From the NCBI RefSeq assembly GCF_037902255.1, contig NZ_CP147990.1, positions 960,001-992,000 of the forward strand: a stretch of 32,000 bases of DNA, in the 5' to 3' direction. The translations under genes and the position numbers were made by a program. This DNA comes from Candidatus Electrothrix sp. GW3-4. GTDB taxonomy: Bacteria; Desulfobacterota; Desulfobulbia; Desulfobulbales; Desulfobulbaceae. A model generated the notes under the pieces. That model worked only from the letters and a program-made list of their open reading frames with translations. It did not search any database and was not told the origin of the DNA. Shown in pieces: positions 1 to 7,345 of the stretch (the first letter of the stretch is position 1; each line of letters begins with the position of its first letter).

Positions 1-19
1 CAGGAGAGGACACCGGGAG

Positions 20-205
20 TTAAACAGTCTTTTTCCCCGTCTGACCTGATGCTATCCGCTTCGGCGGAAACGATACTTTCGGATGCGTGCTCCTGCTTTC
101 AGCTTCCTTGAACGCCTTGTAAATGGCATCCAGGTTATAATTATATTTCGCTGCATGAGCTTCCCGACATCTACGAATTTCAGCTACTATTTCATCCTGT
201 CGCAT
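20..205 (-). CDS. small hypothetical protein (61 aa), second gene of an overlapping two-gene pair
   Basis: ORF-track ORF. Its ATG lies 19 nt inside the end of the upstream 187-360 ORF. The motif EIVAEIRRCREAHAAKYNYNLDAIY resembles small conserved proteins I recall from cyanobacteria and deltaproteobacteria. Function unknown. Confidence 0.5.
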   Translation of the reverse strand: MRQDEIVAEIRRCREAHAAKYNYNLDAIYKAFKEAESRSTHPKVSFPPKRIASGQTGKKTV

Positions 206-360
206 ACCAGAACTTCATCGTCCTCGTCCTTTTCTTCCATCAGACGGTAAAGAGCATGATTCTCAATAACCTCTTCCATCTTCTCAAACGTTTCGATGTC
301 AAGCAGAACGGCTGTTCTCCGTTCCTGTTCGTTGACTATATACTGACGTGCAATCCGCAT
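187..360 (-). CDS. 57-aa antitoxin-like small protein (Phd/YefM-like pattern)
   Basis: Hand translation of the minus strand gives MRIARQYIVNEQERRTAVLLDIETFEKMEEVIENHALYRLMEEKDEDDEVLVCDRMK*. It is below the 60-aa ORF-track cutoff. GGAGGA lies upstream of the ATG at 360. The pattern 'AVLLDIETFEKMEE..E' followed by an acidic tail is typical of small type II antitoxins. Confidence 0.4.
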   Translation of the reverse strand: MRIARQYIVNEQERRTAVLLDIETFEKMEEVIENHALYRLMEEKDEDDEVLVCDRMK

Positions 361-390
361 GATGCTTCCTCCTCACTCTGCAATGAATCG

Positions 391-513
391 TATGTATTCG
401 TACAATAGCAGTGATGAAACCTGATTGTCAACAGAGAGGTGCGTGTAATCAGAACAGGTGCGGTTCAGAATGGCAAAAAAATACTCCCGCCGCAAGACTG
501 CGACAAGGGGTAC
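391..513 (-). repeat. intergenic terminator+promoter module, copy 1 of 3
   Basis: Aligns with 1311-1423 and 4012-4135. Read on the minus strand it has a hairpin (plus-strand CCCGCCGCAAGACTGCGACAAGGGG, 486-510), then a T-run (plus-strand A-run 474-482), a variable ~40 nt, conserved ..CTCTGTTGACAAT (-35 TTGACA), an 18-nt spacer and TATTGT. Confidence 0.75.
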
Positions 514-519
514 GGCACA

Positions 520-864
520 TCATCCTTCGGCAAACCCCGTATACTTCCGTTTGTAAGGAGCCTGAAAACCGAGAACAATATCCTCCTTGGGCACACCGAG
601 ACTCATGAGTTCCTCCGCAATACCTATTTCCGTACCGTTATGCTGCACCCAGATCTTTCCCTCTTTTATATCGAAATGCAGTATACAGCCGTGAATCCAT
701 TCATATCCGTCCCAACCGACCTGAAACAGCTGGTAATGATTATGCTCTTTATCAAAAATATACTGTTTTTCAATAGAATCGGAGTCGGGTATCTGTTTTC
801 CCAGCGCAAGAATAACATCCTGAATATAGGCTTGATAGAGAATCATTTTTTCTATTGTATCCAT
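520..864 (-). CDS. xisI: XisI family protein (fdxN-element excision controlling factor-like)
   Basis: 114 aa. Motifs HGCILHFDIKEGKIWVQHNGTE.GIAEEL...GVPKEDIVLGF match the XisI family as I remember it. It overlaps the upstream xisH by 13 nt, the usual xisH-xisI arrangement. Confidence 0.85.
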   Translation of the reverse strand: MDTIEKMILYQAYIQDVILALGKQIPDSDSIEKQYIFDKEHNHYQLFQVGWDGYEWIHGCILHFDIKEGKIWVQHNGTEIGIAEELMSLGVPKEDIVLGFQAPYKRKYTGFAEG

Positions 865-1274
865 GAACGAATCTCCTCCTTCTCCGGGTCAAAGGTCAGC
901 AAAGTCACGGCGTACTCACTCAGGACGCTCTGCACGAACGGACGACGAAAGAAGGACTCATAAACATCCAGGGGAACAGCCAAAAACAAGCCGCGTTCCG
1001 GTTCTTTTTGTTTCAAGGCTACCCTGTAGTCTAGGTACTGTCCTAACGCCGTATGAAAGTCTGAAAGAAACGAGGTGCCGAGGAAACTTTTTATTTCCAC
1101 AGCTATTTTCACCCCTTCTTTCTCCGCAGCCAGTACTCGTTCAGCCGCAAGATCAATATATACATTCATATCGCTCCCGGCCAGCTTAATCCAGTACGGA
1201 TCATGCGTAATGCTCCACCCTTCTTTGAATAAGGCATGTTTTACCTGCTGATGAAAAATATCCCGTGCTGACAT
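852..1274 (-). CDS. xisH: XisH family protein (endonuclease-fold, fdxN-element excision controlling factor-like)
   Basis: MSARDIFHQQVKHALFKEGWSITHDPY...DLAAERVLAAEK....IAVEIKSF is typical XisH. Start moved to the internal ATG at 1274, because the family normally begins M.A.D.FH. The longer ORF-track start at 1343 lies inside the repeat module. Confidence 0.85.
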   Translation of the reverse strand: MSARDIFHQQVKHALFKEGWSITHDPYWIKLAGSDMNVYIDLAAERVLAAEKEGVKIAVEIKSFLGTSFLSDFHTALGQYLDYRVALKQKEPERGLFLAVPLDVYESFFRRPFVQSVLSEYAVTLLTFDPEKEEIRSWIQ

Positions 1275-1310
1275 GCATCCTCTCAATGTTAGAGACCTAT
1301 CTACTTTTTT

Positions 1311-1423
1311 TACACAGTACCAGCAATGAAACCGTATTGTCAACAGAGGGTTGCATGAAGCAAGAATAGACGCGGTTCAGCAAGGCCAAAAAATACCCCG
1401 CCGCAATGCTGCGACAGGGGCAC
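1311..1423 (-). repeat. intergenic terminator+promoter module, copy 2 of 3
   Basis: Plus strand reads TACACAGTACCAGCAATGAAACCGTATTGTCAACAGAGGGTTGC...GCGGTTCAGCAAGGCCAAAAAATACCCCGCCGCAATGCTGCGACAGGGGCAC. On the minus strand this is hairpin + T-run, then TTGACA-18 nt-TACTGT directly upstream of xisH. Confidence 0.75.
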
Positions 1424-1428
1424 ATACA

Positions 1429-1998
1429 TCAAAACAACTCGTAGTATGAGTCTTCACCCAGATGCCGAACATACTTTTTTACCAGTTCATCAAGCCTGTC
1501 CGGCTCCCCGACGTTGGTCCAGTCATCCACCGCTCCCTTGAAACAATACCTTCGAACTATGAACAGCCGTGCTTTATCATCAGTCAAGACAAACTCCATA
1601 TACGGTGAATAGTCGATGGCTAGCATCAGGAGTTTTCGGGCTTCCTTCAGTCCACTTCCGGAGCTGATGATCTCCAGAATTCTGTCAGTATCCTGGTTTG
1701 TTATGAATACACGGATTGTTTTTTGTCGTACATCAATTTTATAATACTCAATCTTTGAAAATCGCTCCATGCCTTGCTCCACGAGAGCAACTTCCTCATC
1801 AGTAATGATTTTCTTGGGTACTTTGCGACAATAAACCTGTCCACTGGGGTTTTCATAAATCTCAAAGCCTTCCGGCATATTGTCAAGGAGCTTCCCTTCG
1901 CTTTTCAGTGAGAAATAATAGCGAGGTTTCCCGGTTTTTGTCACACCTTCATGCAGATAGTATGTTTTTTCGAGACGGTTAACGTATTGTAGTGGCAT
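1429..1998 (-). CDS. hypothetical protein (189 aa)
   Basis: Long ORF with no competing frame apart from a 61-aa same-strand ORF in another frame (1701-1886). It ends just before the copy-2 terminator hairpin. I recognise no domain. Confidence 0.6.
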   Translation of the reverse strand: MPLQYVNRLEKTYYLHEGVTKTGKPRYYFSLKSEGKLLDNMPEGFEIYENPSGQVYCRKVPKKIITDEEVALVEQGMERFSKIEYYKIDVRQKTIRVFITNQDTDRILEIISSGSGLKEARKLLMLAIDYSPYMEFVLTDDKARLFIVRRYCFKGAVDDWTNVGEPDRLDELVKKYVRHLGEDSYYELF

Positions 1999-2044
1999 TT
2001 TGTCTGCTTTCCTCTCTCGTTAAGTCATGAGTCAACATGAATAA

Positions 2045-2635
2045 TCAGGGGTACACACGCTGACTCAGTACAAGCCTGAAGCGCATCTGAAAAGGGTACT
2101 CTGGTCGGTTAGGATTTTCCGCATCGTGCCTGTTGACTTCCGAATGCCAGGCAAAGGTGCCTTCCCTTCGTGAACCAGCCTCTACCCAAGGGGTCCAATG
2201 ATCAATCTGAGTGATGTCAGGCCGAGGAAAAGGGAACATTTCCAAAGCATCTTTCACGGTCACCGCACCTTCTTTTTCCCAACACACGGTTGCACCCAAG
2301 GACATTCTTCCTTTGACAGCATACTTGGGTAGATGGATCGTCTCGTGCCAGACAAGAAACTCCCCGCGTCGTTCACTCTTTGACGGATCAAACCAGGCTG
2401 AACTAACGCTTATCGGAGTAAAGTGACTGGCATCTAATATGGAAACAGCACCGGGAGCAACAGTATCGGGAGGGGTTGTCAAACGGGCAGCATTGACCCG
2501 TAATTCGACTTCACGGTGGACATACAACCCGCTTTCTCTATGCATAAGCGCATCATTCTGCGCTTCCATATAAAACGGGCTGCACCCGAACAACGAACTA
2601 CCAAGCAGCAGGAGGGAACAAATTTTCTTTTTCAT
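2045..2635 (-). CDS. putative lipoprotein (196 aa)
   Basis: N-terminus MKKKICSLLLLGSSLFGC has a signal peptide plus lipobox (LFGC). The rest is unrecognised. Confidence 0.6.
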   Translation of the reverse strand: MKKKICSLLLLGSSLFGCSPFYMEAQNDALMHRESGLYVHREVELRVNAARLTTPPDTVAPGAVSILDASHFTPISVSSAWFDPSKSERRGEFLVWHETIHLPKYAVKGRMSLGATVCWEKEGAVTVKDALEMFPFPRPDITQIDHWTPWVEAGSRREGTFAWHSEVNRHDAENPNRPEYPFQMRFRLVLSQRVYP

Positions 2636-2699
2636 ATTTGCCTATCGGTCGTATCTCTAATTTGCCGCCTTTAAAAACGTAGCTGACAGTAAGCAGGTA

Positions 2700-3197
2700 T
2701 CACTCTTGTTGCTGCATATGCAGGGGTATTTTATTAACGACAGTCCTTCCCGTTGTGGTTTGATATGATTCTGTAACCAAGAGCAAGTTAGGTTCAATGC
2801 TGGTGACGACTCCATGTCGGCCAATGGCCATGCCTTGCTCTATCAGATGGCCCTCTCCGGTGACGTCTTCCAGCATGGCTATCGTTTTGTCCTTAAAAGC
2901 CATCACCGCAACAAGCCGTAATTGGCCCGGTTCAAACTTCTGTAGTTCGGTCAAGATTTCATGCGGATCAATCCTTTTTTCTTCTGGGGGTTCCTTGGTG
3001 TTAAAAAAGGGGAAAAAAGGATCTGGTCGATCTGCAAATGTATAATCGAATTGATGGTACCCTCGGAGATCGGTTACAGGAGGAACCTGTTGTTTTTCGT
3101 TTGCTGACTGTTCGTTCGCTTGCACCTGAACGCAGAGGAATCCCGCCAAAACAAGAATGGCAGCGAACAGGTATCTGTGTTGTAAAATAGCCTTCAT
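2700..3197 (-). CDS. exported PilP-like protein (type IV pilus assembly PilP-type C-terminal domain)
   Basis: Start chosen at the ATG at 3197, preceded by AGGAGG, giving signal peptide MKAILQHRYLFAAILVLAGFLCVQVQA. PDPFFPF followed by LQKFEPGQLRLVAVM...AMLEDVTGEGHLIEQGMAIGRHGVVTSIEPN.LLVTE follows the PilP pattern from memory. Confidence 0.5.
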   Translation of the reverse strand: MKAILQHRYLFAAILVLAGFLCVQVQANEQSANEKQQVPPVTDLRGYHQFDYTFADRPDPFFPFFNTKEPPEEKRIDPHEILTELQKFEPGQLRLVAVMAFKDKTIAMLEDVTGEGHLIEQGMAIGRHGVVTSIEPNLLLVTESYQTTTGRTVVNKIPLHMQQQE

Positions 3198-3322
3198 GGT
3201 ACGACCTCCTTTTGGTATGGATAATTTTACCTGCAAGGTTGCTAGCACGGTAGTAGTTGTGATGGTTGGTATGCGTTGTTATCTATCGTTCACCCCTTGA
3301 TAACGGAGAGGAGGGCATGCCG

Positions 3323-3910
3323 TCAATGTTTACGGGAGTAGCCAAAGAGATCAAGGGCAAATCCTTCTTGCTTATGCATTTTTTCAACTTTGTCTCGGTG
3401 AGCACCTACTATACCACAAAGTGCTTGTTGTGCCTCCTGGGAGAGTTCAGTCCAGCAAAATGCTGCAACTCGGAAACTGAACTGGAAGAGCTTGGCATCG
3501 AACATTTCGCTTGAACGAACAAAACCGGGAATGGGATGCAGTGTATATCCAAGTGATCGGACCGCTATTATTGCATCCAATGACCACAGTCTTCGTAGCT
3601 CCTTTGCTCCAAGTTCGATGAGGGACAGTAATTGTTGGCCCTTTGGAGGTAAACTGCTTACCCGAACGCCATCATCCGTTGGGTCGATTTTGATTTCTTT
3701 TTTGGTATACGAGCCAATGGATTGCAGCCAGGAATCAGGGAGTTCTATTATCAGACTGTCATTAAGCCGTAACTGATCGAATGTCCGAATGAGCAGATCA
3801 AGGTATAACTCCGTAGCTGATCCGGGGAAACGACAGTGCAGAAATGTCTCGTATGCCAATTCCATACTGTTGATAGGTGTTACCTGTTGATTCTCTGTTG
3901 CTGTTGACAT
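3323..3910 (-). CDS. hypothetical protein (195 aa)
   Basis: Long ORF and first gene downstream of repeat copy 3 (the promoter side). No recognisable domain. Confidence 0.55.
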   Translation of the reverse strand: MSTATENQQVTPINSMELAYETFLHCRFPGSATELYLDLLIRTFDQLRLNDSLIIELPDSWLQSIGSYTKKEIKIDPTDDGVRVSSLPPKGQQLLSLIELGAKELRRLWSLDAIIAVRSLGYTLHPIPGFVRSSEMFDAKLFQFSFRVAAFCWTELSQEAQQALCGIVGAHRDKVEKMHKQEGFALDLFGYSRKH

Positions 3911-4011
3911 TTTTTTCTTGCTCTCTTGTGCTAACTATTGATTATCAAGCGTTCTTTCCTGATAACAGGTGATGTTGAGTTGTCAGGAGCAATCCCTATT
4001 GTATATTCATA

Positions 4012-4135
4012 TACACAGTAACCGTAATAAAACTTGTTTGTCAACAAAGGGTTGCAGGAGAGAAAGGAGAGATGAGGGGCAATACAGGATAATGAGCAAA
4101 AAAATACCCCCGCCGCAAGACTGCGACAGGGGTAC
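4012..4135 (-). repeat. intergenic terminator+promoter module, copy 3 of 3
   Basis: Plus strand reads TACACAGTAACCGTAATAAAACTTGTTTGTCAACAAAGGGTTGC...AGCAAAAAAATACCCCCGCCGCAAGACTGCGACAGGGGTAC. On the minus strand this is a hairpin (4107-4132) plus T-run (4098-4104), then TTGACA-18 nt-TACTGT. Confidence 0.75.
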
Positions 4136-4161
4136 ATGAGCCTCCTCTCAATGAACCTACA

Positions 4162-4383
4162 TCAGGTCCACCAGATAGAGCGCTTGGGTGGGTTGCCGTA
4201 TTTCTCAAATACATCCCCAGCTTCCTTGAGCACCTCATCAAGCTCTTCCACTGTAAAGGTATATCCATCTTCTGTCGCCAAGGCGACAAACTCTTCCTTA
4301 TTGCCTGGAACATCATATTTTGCCCGGACGTGCTTATCCTCGCCACCTGCAATCAACAATGCTTCAACGTCTTTTTTAGCCAC
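4162..4383 (-). CDS. Nif11-like small protein (73 aa)
   Basis: MAKKDVEALLIAGGEDKHVRAKY.....EEFVALATEDGYTFTVEELDEVLKE resembles the Nif11 domain / Nif11-type leader pattern from memory. It is the last gene of the sigma-54 operon and is followed by a terminator. Confidence 0.5.
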   Translation of the reverse strand: MAKKDVEALLIAGGEDKHVRAKYDVPGNKEEFVALATEDGYTFTVEELDEVLKEAGDVFEKYGNPPKRSIWWT

Positions 4384-4427
4384 CGGAATCTCCTTCCTTA
4401 CGTATTTAGTTAATGCCTATCCGTGTG

Positions 4428-4742
4428 TTACGGGATAAATTCAATGTTAATCTGCTCATCCTCTCCTTGCGTTAAGGCGTATACACCGCCATCAAGGAGG
4501 ACCATTTCTCTTTCCAGCGCAGCCAGTTTTAAGGCTACGATCGTTGCCTGAACCGGTTCCTGGTCCGCCTCACGGTTGGTATGTACCAGAACCTTATCAC
4601 TCTCGTCGGTGAATTGGAGGAGGAGGGCGTTATGATCGAGAAAAATAAGGTCTTCATAGACATAGGAGATGCCCATGCCTGTTGACTCCACGATCTCCTT
4701 GACTACACCGAGTTTTTTTACTGCACTTTCCTCACTCATCAC
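4428..4742 (-). CDS. hypothetical protein (104 aa)
   Basis: ORF closely spaced within the same-strand operon. No recognisable domain. Confidence 0.5.
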   Translation of the reverse strand: MMSEESAVKKLGVVKEIVESTGMGISYVYEDLIFLDHNALLLQFTDESDKVLVHTNREADQEPVQATIVALKLAALEREMVLLDGGVYALTQGEDEQINIEFIP

Positions 4743-4761
4743 ACATCACTCTCTTGTATAT

Positions 4762-5196
4762 TCAGCAGATAAGCTCTTTAGTGACTAATATCTGCATCTT
4801 GTCGGCCAGTTCCAGCATTGCCGGGATCTTTTCCATTTCCGGCGGGCTGATTTTAAAGCCGTCAAGATCGCATATCTCCTGATACTTGTCCATTTCCAGT
4901 AATCCTGCACCAAGCTCTGTCATCCTGCCTGGGAAGGTGTTTTCCATCGCCTCAACCAGGTCCACCATAGTATGGTTGTACGGCATGGTGCCTCGTTGCA
5001 TCAGGGCTGCCATGACGAATTTTTCAATGGCCATCGCGATCAGATTGTAGAGGATTTCTGAAGTAAAAATCTTGTTCTTTTTTTTGTAGGCCGCAGTCGC
5101 CGTCTTGAGGTACGCTTCTCCGTCGTGAAGAAATTCCTCCCATCCCTTGATCGGTTCAAGTCCCGCCAAGGGGATCAGCTCTGGTTCTTTTATCAT
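4762..5196 (-). CDS. hypothetical helical protein, possibly HEPN-like (144 aa)
   Basis: Its start overlaps the GNAT stop by 4 nt (ATGA coupling). The segment LIAMAIEKFVMAALMQRGTMPYNHTMVDLVE weakly resembles the HEPN helix pattern. This is a weak call. Confidence 0.45.
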   Translation of the reverse strand: MIKEPELIPLAGLEPIKGWEEFLHDGEAYLKTATAAYKKKNKIFTSEILYNLIAMAIEKFVMAALMQRGTMPYNHTMVDLVEAMENTFPGRMTELGAGLLEMDKYQEICDLDGFKISPPEMEKIPAMLELADKMQILVTKELIC

Positions 5197-5678
5197 TCCC
5201 CAACTCCCTTTGTCTTGCGCAGGCAGATCAGGTCCGTGGGTTGGTAGCCTATCCGATTGTAAAAGCCTAATGCCCTGCTGTTATTGCGATCAGCCAGTAA
5301 TTGAATCCGGGTCGCTCCCTGAAGGGCTGACCATTCCGCAATGGCCTCCATGAGTCTCCTGCCCGTGCCTTGTGTCTGCCAGGCGGGCAGGATGACCACA
5401 TCTTCCACCAGGGCGGATACCCCGCCCTCTGCCGTGGAGATGAGTAACTGAGCTGTACACATGCCGATGATCCGACCCTGACGTTCCGCCACCAGAACTG
5501 CAGCCTGAGGTCTCTGCAAGAGCAGGCGCAATCCCCGCTTCTGCCTGTCCGCATTGAAGTTAAAATCCTTTTCAATGCTGAACAAGACTTCCAGGAGAAA
5601 AACCAGGCCGGTGAGATCCTCTTCCCGTGCTCTGCGGATCAGTATTTTTCCGGCAATGTCCGGCATTATCCCGCTCAT
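5193..5678 (-). CDS. GNAT family N-acetyltransferase
   Basis: Has the acetyl-CoA-binding pattern VEDVVILPAWQTQGTGRRLMEAI......GATRIQLLADRNNSRALGFYNRIGY. Confidence 0.85.
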   Translation of the reverse strand: MSGIMPDIAGKILIRRAREEDLTGLVFLLEVLFSIEKDFNFNADRQKRGLRLLLQRPQAAVLVAERQGRIIGMCTAQLLISTAEGGVSALVEDVVILPAWQTQGTGRRLMEAIAEWSALQGATRIQLLADRNNSRALGFYNRIGYQPTDLICLRKTKGVGE

Positions 5679-5690
5679 GGATCTGTTCTC

Positions 5691-5996
5691 TTAGCTTTCC
5701 AGCAGGTAATCCGCTGCCGGTTCACCATCTTCCAGGCCGTCCAGGATGGCATCAACCGCCTCTTCGCTATCCACGCCCCCGAACCACCAGTTCTCGGGCT
5801 GAATGACCATGATTGGTCCTTTTTCACATTGCTTGAGGCAGGTAGTGCCGCTCACCAGGCAGTCCAGGCCGCGATCCAGTATCTCTTCCTCGATGTATTG
5901 CAGAAAGCCATCGCTCTGTTTATGACAGATACCCTTTTTATCTCCTGCTGCACGAAAACTCTGGCAGAGTAATATCTGCCTCTCTGGTACGGCCAT
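5691..5996 (-). CDS. thioredoxin-like [2Fe-2S] ferredoxin
   Basis: ILLCQS....GICH........C..C..GPIMVIQPENWWFGGV is the typical layout of (2Fe-2S) ferredoxin-domain proteins. AAGGAG RBS upstream. Confidence 0.8.
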   Translation of the reverse strand: MAVPERQILLCQSFRAAGDKKGICHKQSDGFLQYIEEEILDRGLDCLVSGTTCLKQCEKGPIMVIQPENWWFGGVDSEEAVDAILDGLEDGEPAADYLLES

Positions 5997-6112
5997 TTCT
6001 TTTCTCCTTTTTCTCTTGAGGTGAAAATGAGTAGCACAACATGCTCTTCATTTTCATTAGTTGTTGTTCTGGCCCGTTTTAGCATGAAGGGCCGGGATCT
6101 ATAGATCCTGAA

Positions 6113-7267
6113 TTATTTTTTACACTTCTTCTTTTTGCCGCCGCCATAAAGTACATCAACGGTGCCTTCAATATTCTCTTCGGTCAGCAAGACCTTAACG
6201 CCCAGGTCGCCTAAGACCTTTTGTGGATTTTGCCCGGCATTAGCGGCCAAGAGGGCAAAACAATCGGGCAGGCTGTTGGCCAGGGCCTGCCAGCGCGAGT
6301 CGCCGCTCCCTGCCTCTGGTGCGGTTCGTGACTCTAAGAGACAGGCCAATCCATCTTCACGGGGCCCGTAGATCAAAAATTTGTTGGCCTGGCCGAGATG
6401 GAGATCTACGTCCATGCCACTTGTGCTGGCCACTGCTACATTCGGGCGTTCCTTGCTCGGTTTGGGGAGCAGGGTGGTTGCGTTTTGGAAATCTCCGCTT
6501 GCTGACGGGGGGGGCAGATATACGTCCTTGTCAGCAATAACTTCAAGGTAAACTGCGGCGGCTTTCTTTGCGCTTTCAAGCAGAGCTGCATCGTAGGCTT
6601 CCAGTTTTTCTTCATCAGAAACCGGTTGAAAGGGCAGCAGGGTTATGGATGATGCTCCCCAGGAGGCGGCCTTTTCCGCAATGGCTGTAAGATGCTCGTC
6701 ATTGATGCCCGGGTAGATCGTGGTCTGTATATTGACCTTGATCCCGGCCTTGTTGAGTGCTGCAATAGCCTTTTCCTGTTCCTGAAGTAAAAAATCTATG
6801 ATTTCAGGAAGGGGGACAGTTCGTTTGCCGGGACGGATCCAGGTATATATCTTCTTCAAGATATCTGCGGATACGGCTTCAATCTGCAGATGAACCTGGC
6901 TTATACCCTTACTGGCCAGATCCGCAGCAAGGGCAGCTGCATTAAGACCGATGGTGGTCAGTTTGATCGGGCAGTTGGGATACTTCTCCTTGAGCAGATC
7001 AAGAAGGGGGAGAAGTGTCTCTGGGGCTGCCAGGGCATCGCCAGGGCCGCAGATGTTCATACTGTCAATCTTTTTGCCACCCTTGATAAGGTCTCCCATC
7101 CAGGCAAGCGCTTCATCCGGCAAAAGGGCTGGAGCGGGTTTGTCGATCTCGCCAAATCGTTTTCTGTTATTCGCCTGCGGGGCAGCTGGCAGGATCAGGG
7201 AGTCGATCTGCATGGATTTCTCGCAGGGTTTCTTTGCTGCTGTATCTGATAATGGCTCAATGCTCAT
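6113..7267 (-). CDS. NifB-like / NifX-domain fusion protein lacking the radical-SAM CxxxCxxC motif
   Basis: The middle region (ICGPGDALAAPETL..., KLTTIGLN, HLQIEAVSADILKKIYTWIRPG, KVNIQTTIYPGINDEHL) parallels the NifB core. The C-terminus (VAVASTSGMDVDLHLGQANKFLIY...ALLAANAGQNPQKVLGDLGVKVL) is a NifX/NifB-C (dinitrogenase FeMo-cofactor binding) type domain. An in-frame TAA lies 18 nt upstream of the ATG, so no N-terminal extension could supply the missing Cys motif. Confidence 0.7.
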   Translation of the reverse strand: MSIEPLSDTAAKKPCEKSMQIDSLILPAAPQANNRKRFGEIDKPAPALLPDEALAWMGDLIKGGKKIDSMNICGPGDALAAPETLLPLLDLLKEKYPNCPIKLTTIGLNAAALAADLASKGISQVHLQIEAVSADILKKIYTWIRPGKRTVPLPEIIDFLLQEQEKAIAALNKAGIKVNIQTTIYPGINDEHLTAIAEKAASWGASSITLLPFQPVSDEEKLEAYDAALLESAKKAAAVYLEVIADKDVYLPPPSASGDFQNATTLLPKPSKERPNVAVASTSGMDVDLHLGQANKFLIYGPREDGLACLLESRTAPEAGSGDSRWQALANSLPDCFALLAANAGQNPQKVLGDLGVKVLLTEENIEGTVDVLYGGGKKKKCKK

Positions 7268-7329
7268 AGTCTTTTCTCGGGGTTAATTGCGCTGATCAAT
7301 CTGAGGGCCAGTGCTGTCTCTCTCTAATT

Positions 7330-7345
7330 AGCAAAGGATATGCCA
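7330..7345 (-). promoter_or_regulatory. sigma-54 (RpoN) -24/-12 promoter for the nifB-like operon
   Basis: Minus strand reads TGGCATATCCTTTGCT, against consensus TGGCACG-N4-TTGCW. GG and GC are at exact spacing, and the site is 63-78 nt upstream of the ATG at 7267. Confidence 0.6.

Noticed and set aside
439-1189. Plus-strand ORFs 411-608, 439-963 and 863-1189
   Set aside because: They are antisense to xisI/xisH, whose family motifs are clear, and they start inside the intergenic repeat.
391-4135. Idea that the three repeat modules are integron attC sites and the region a cassette array
   Set aside because: No intI integrase is present. The element carries its own TTGACA-18-TAnTGT promoter and a hairpin + T-run. 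The GTCAAC/GTTGAC core lacks the full RYYYAAC...GTTRRRY paired architecture. The terminator/promoter module fits better.
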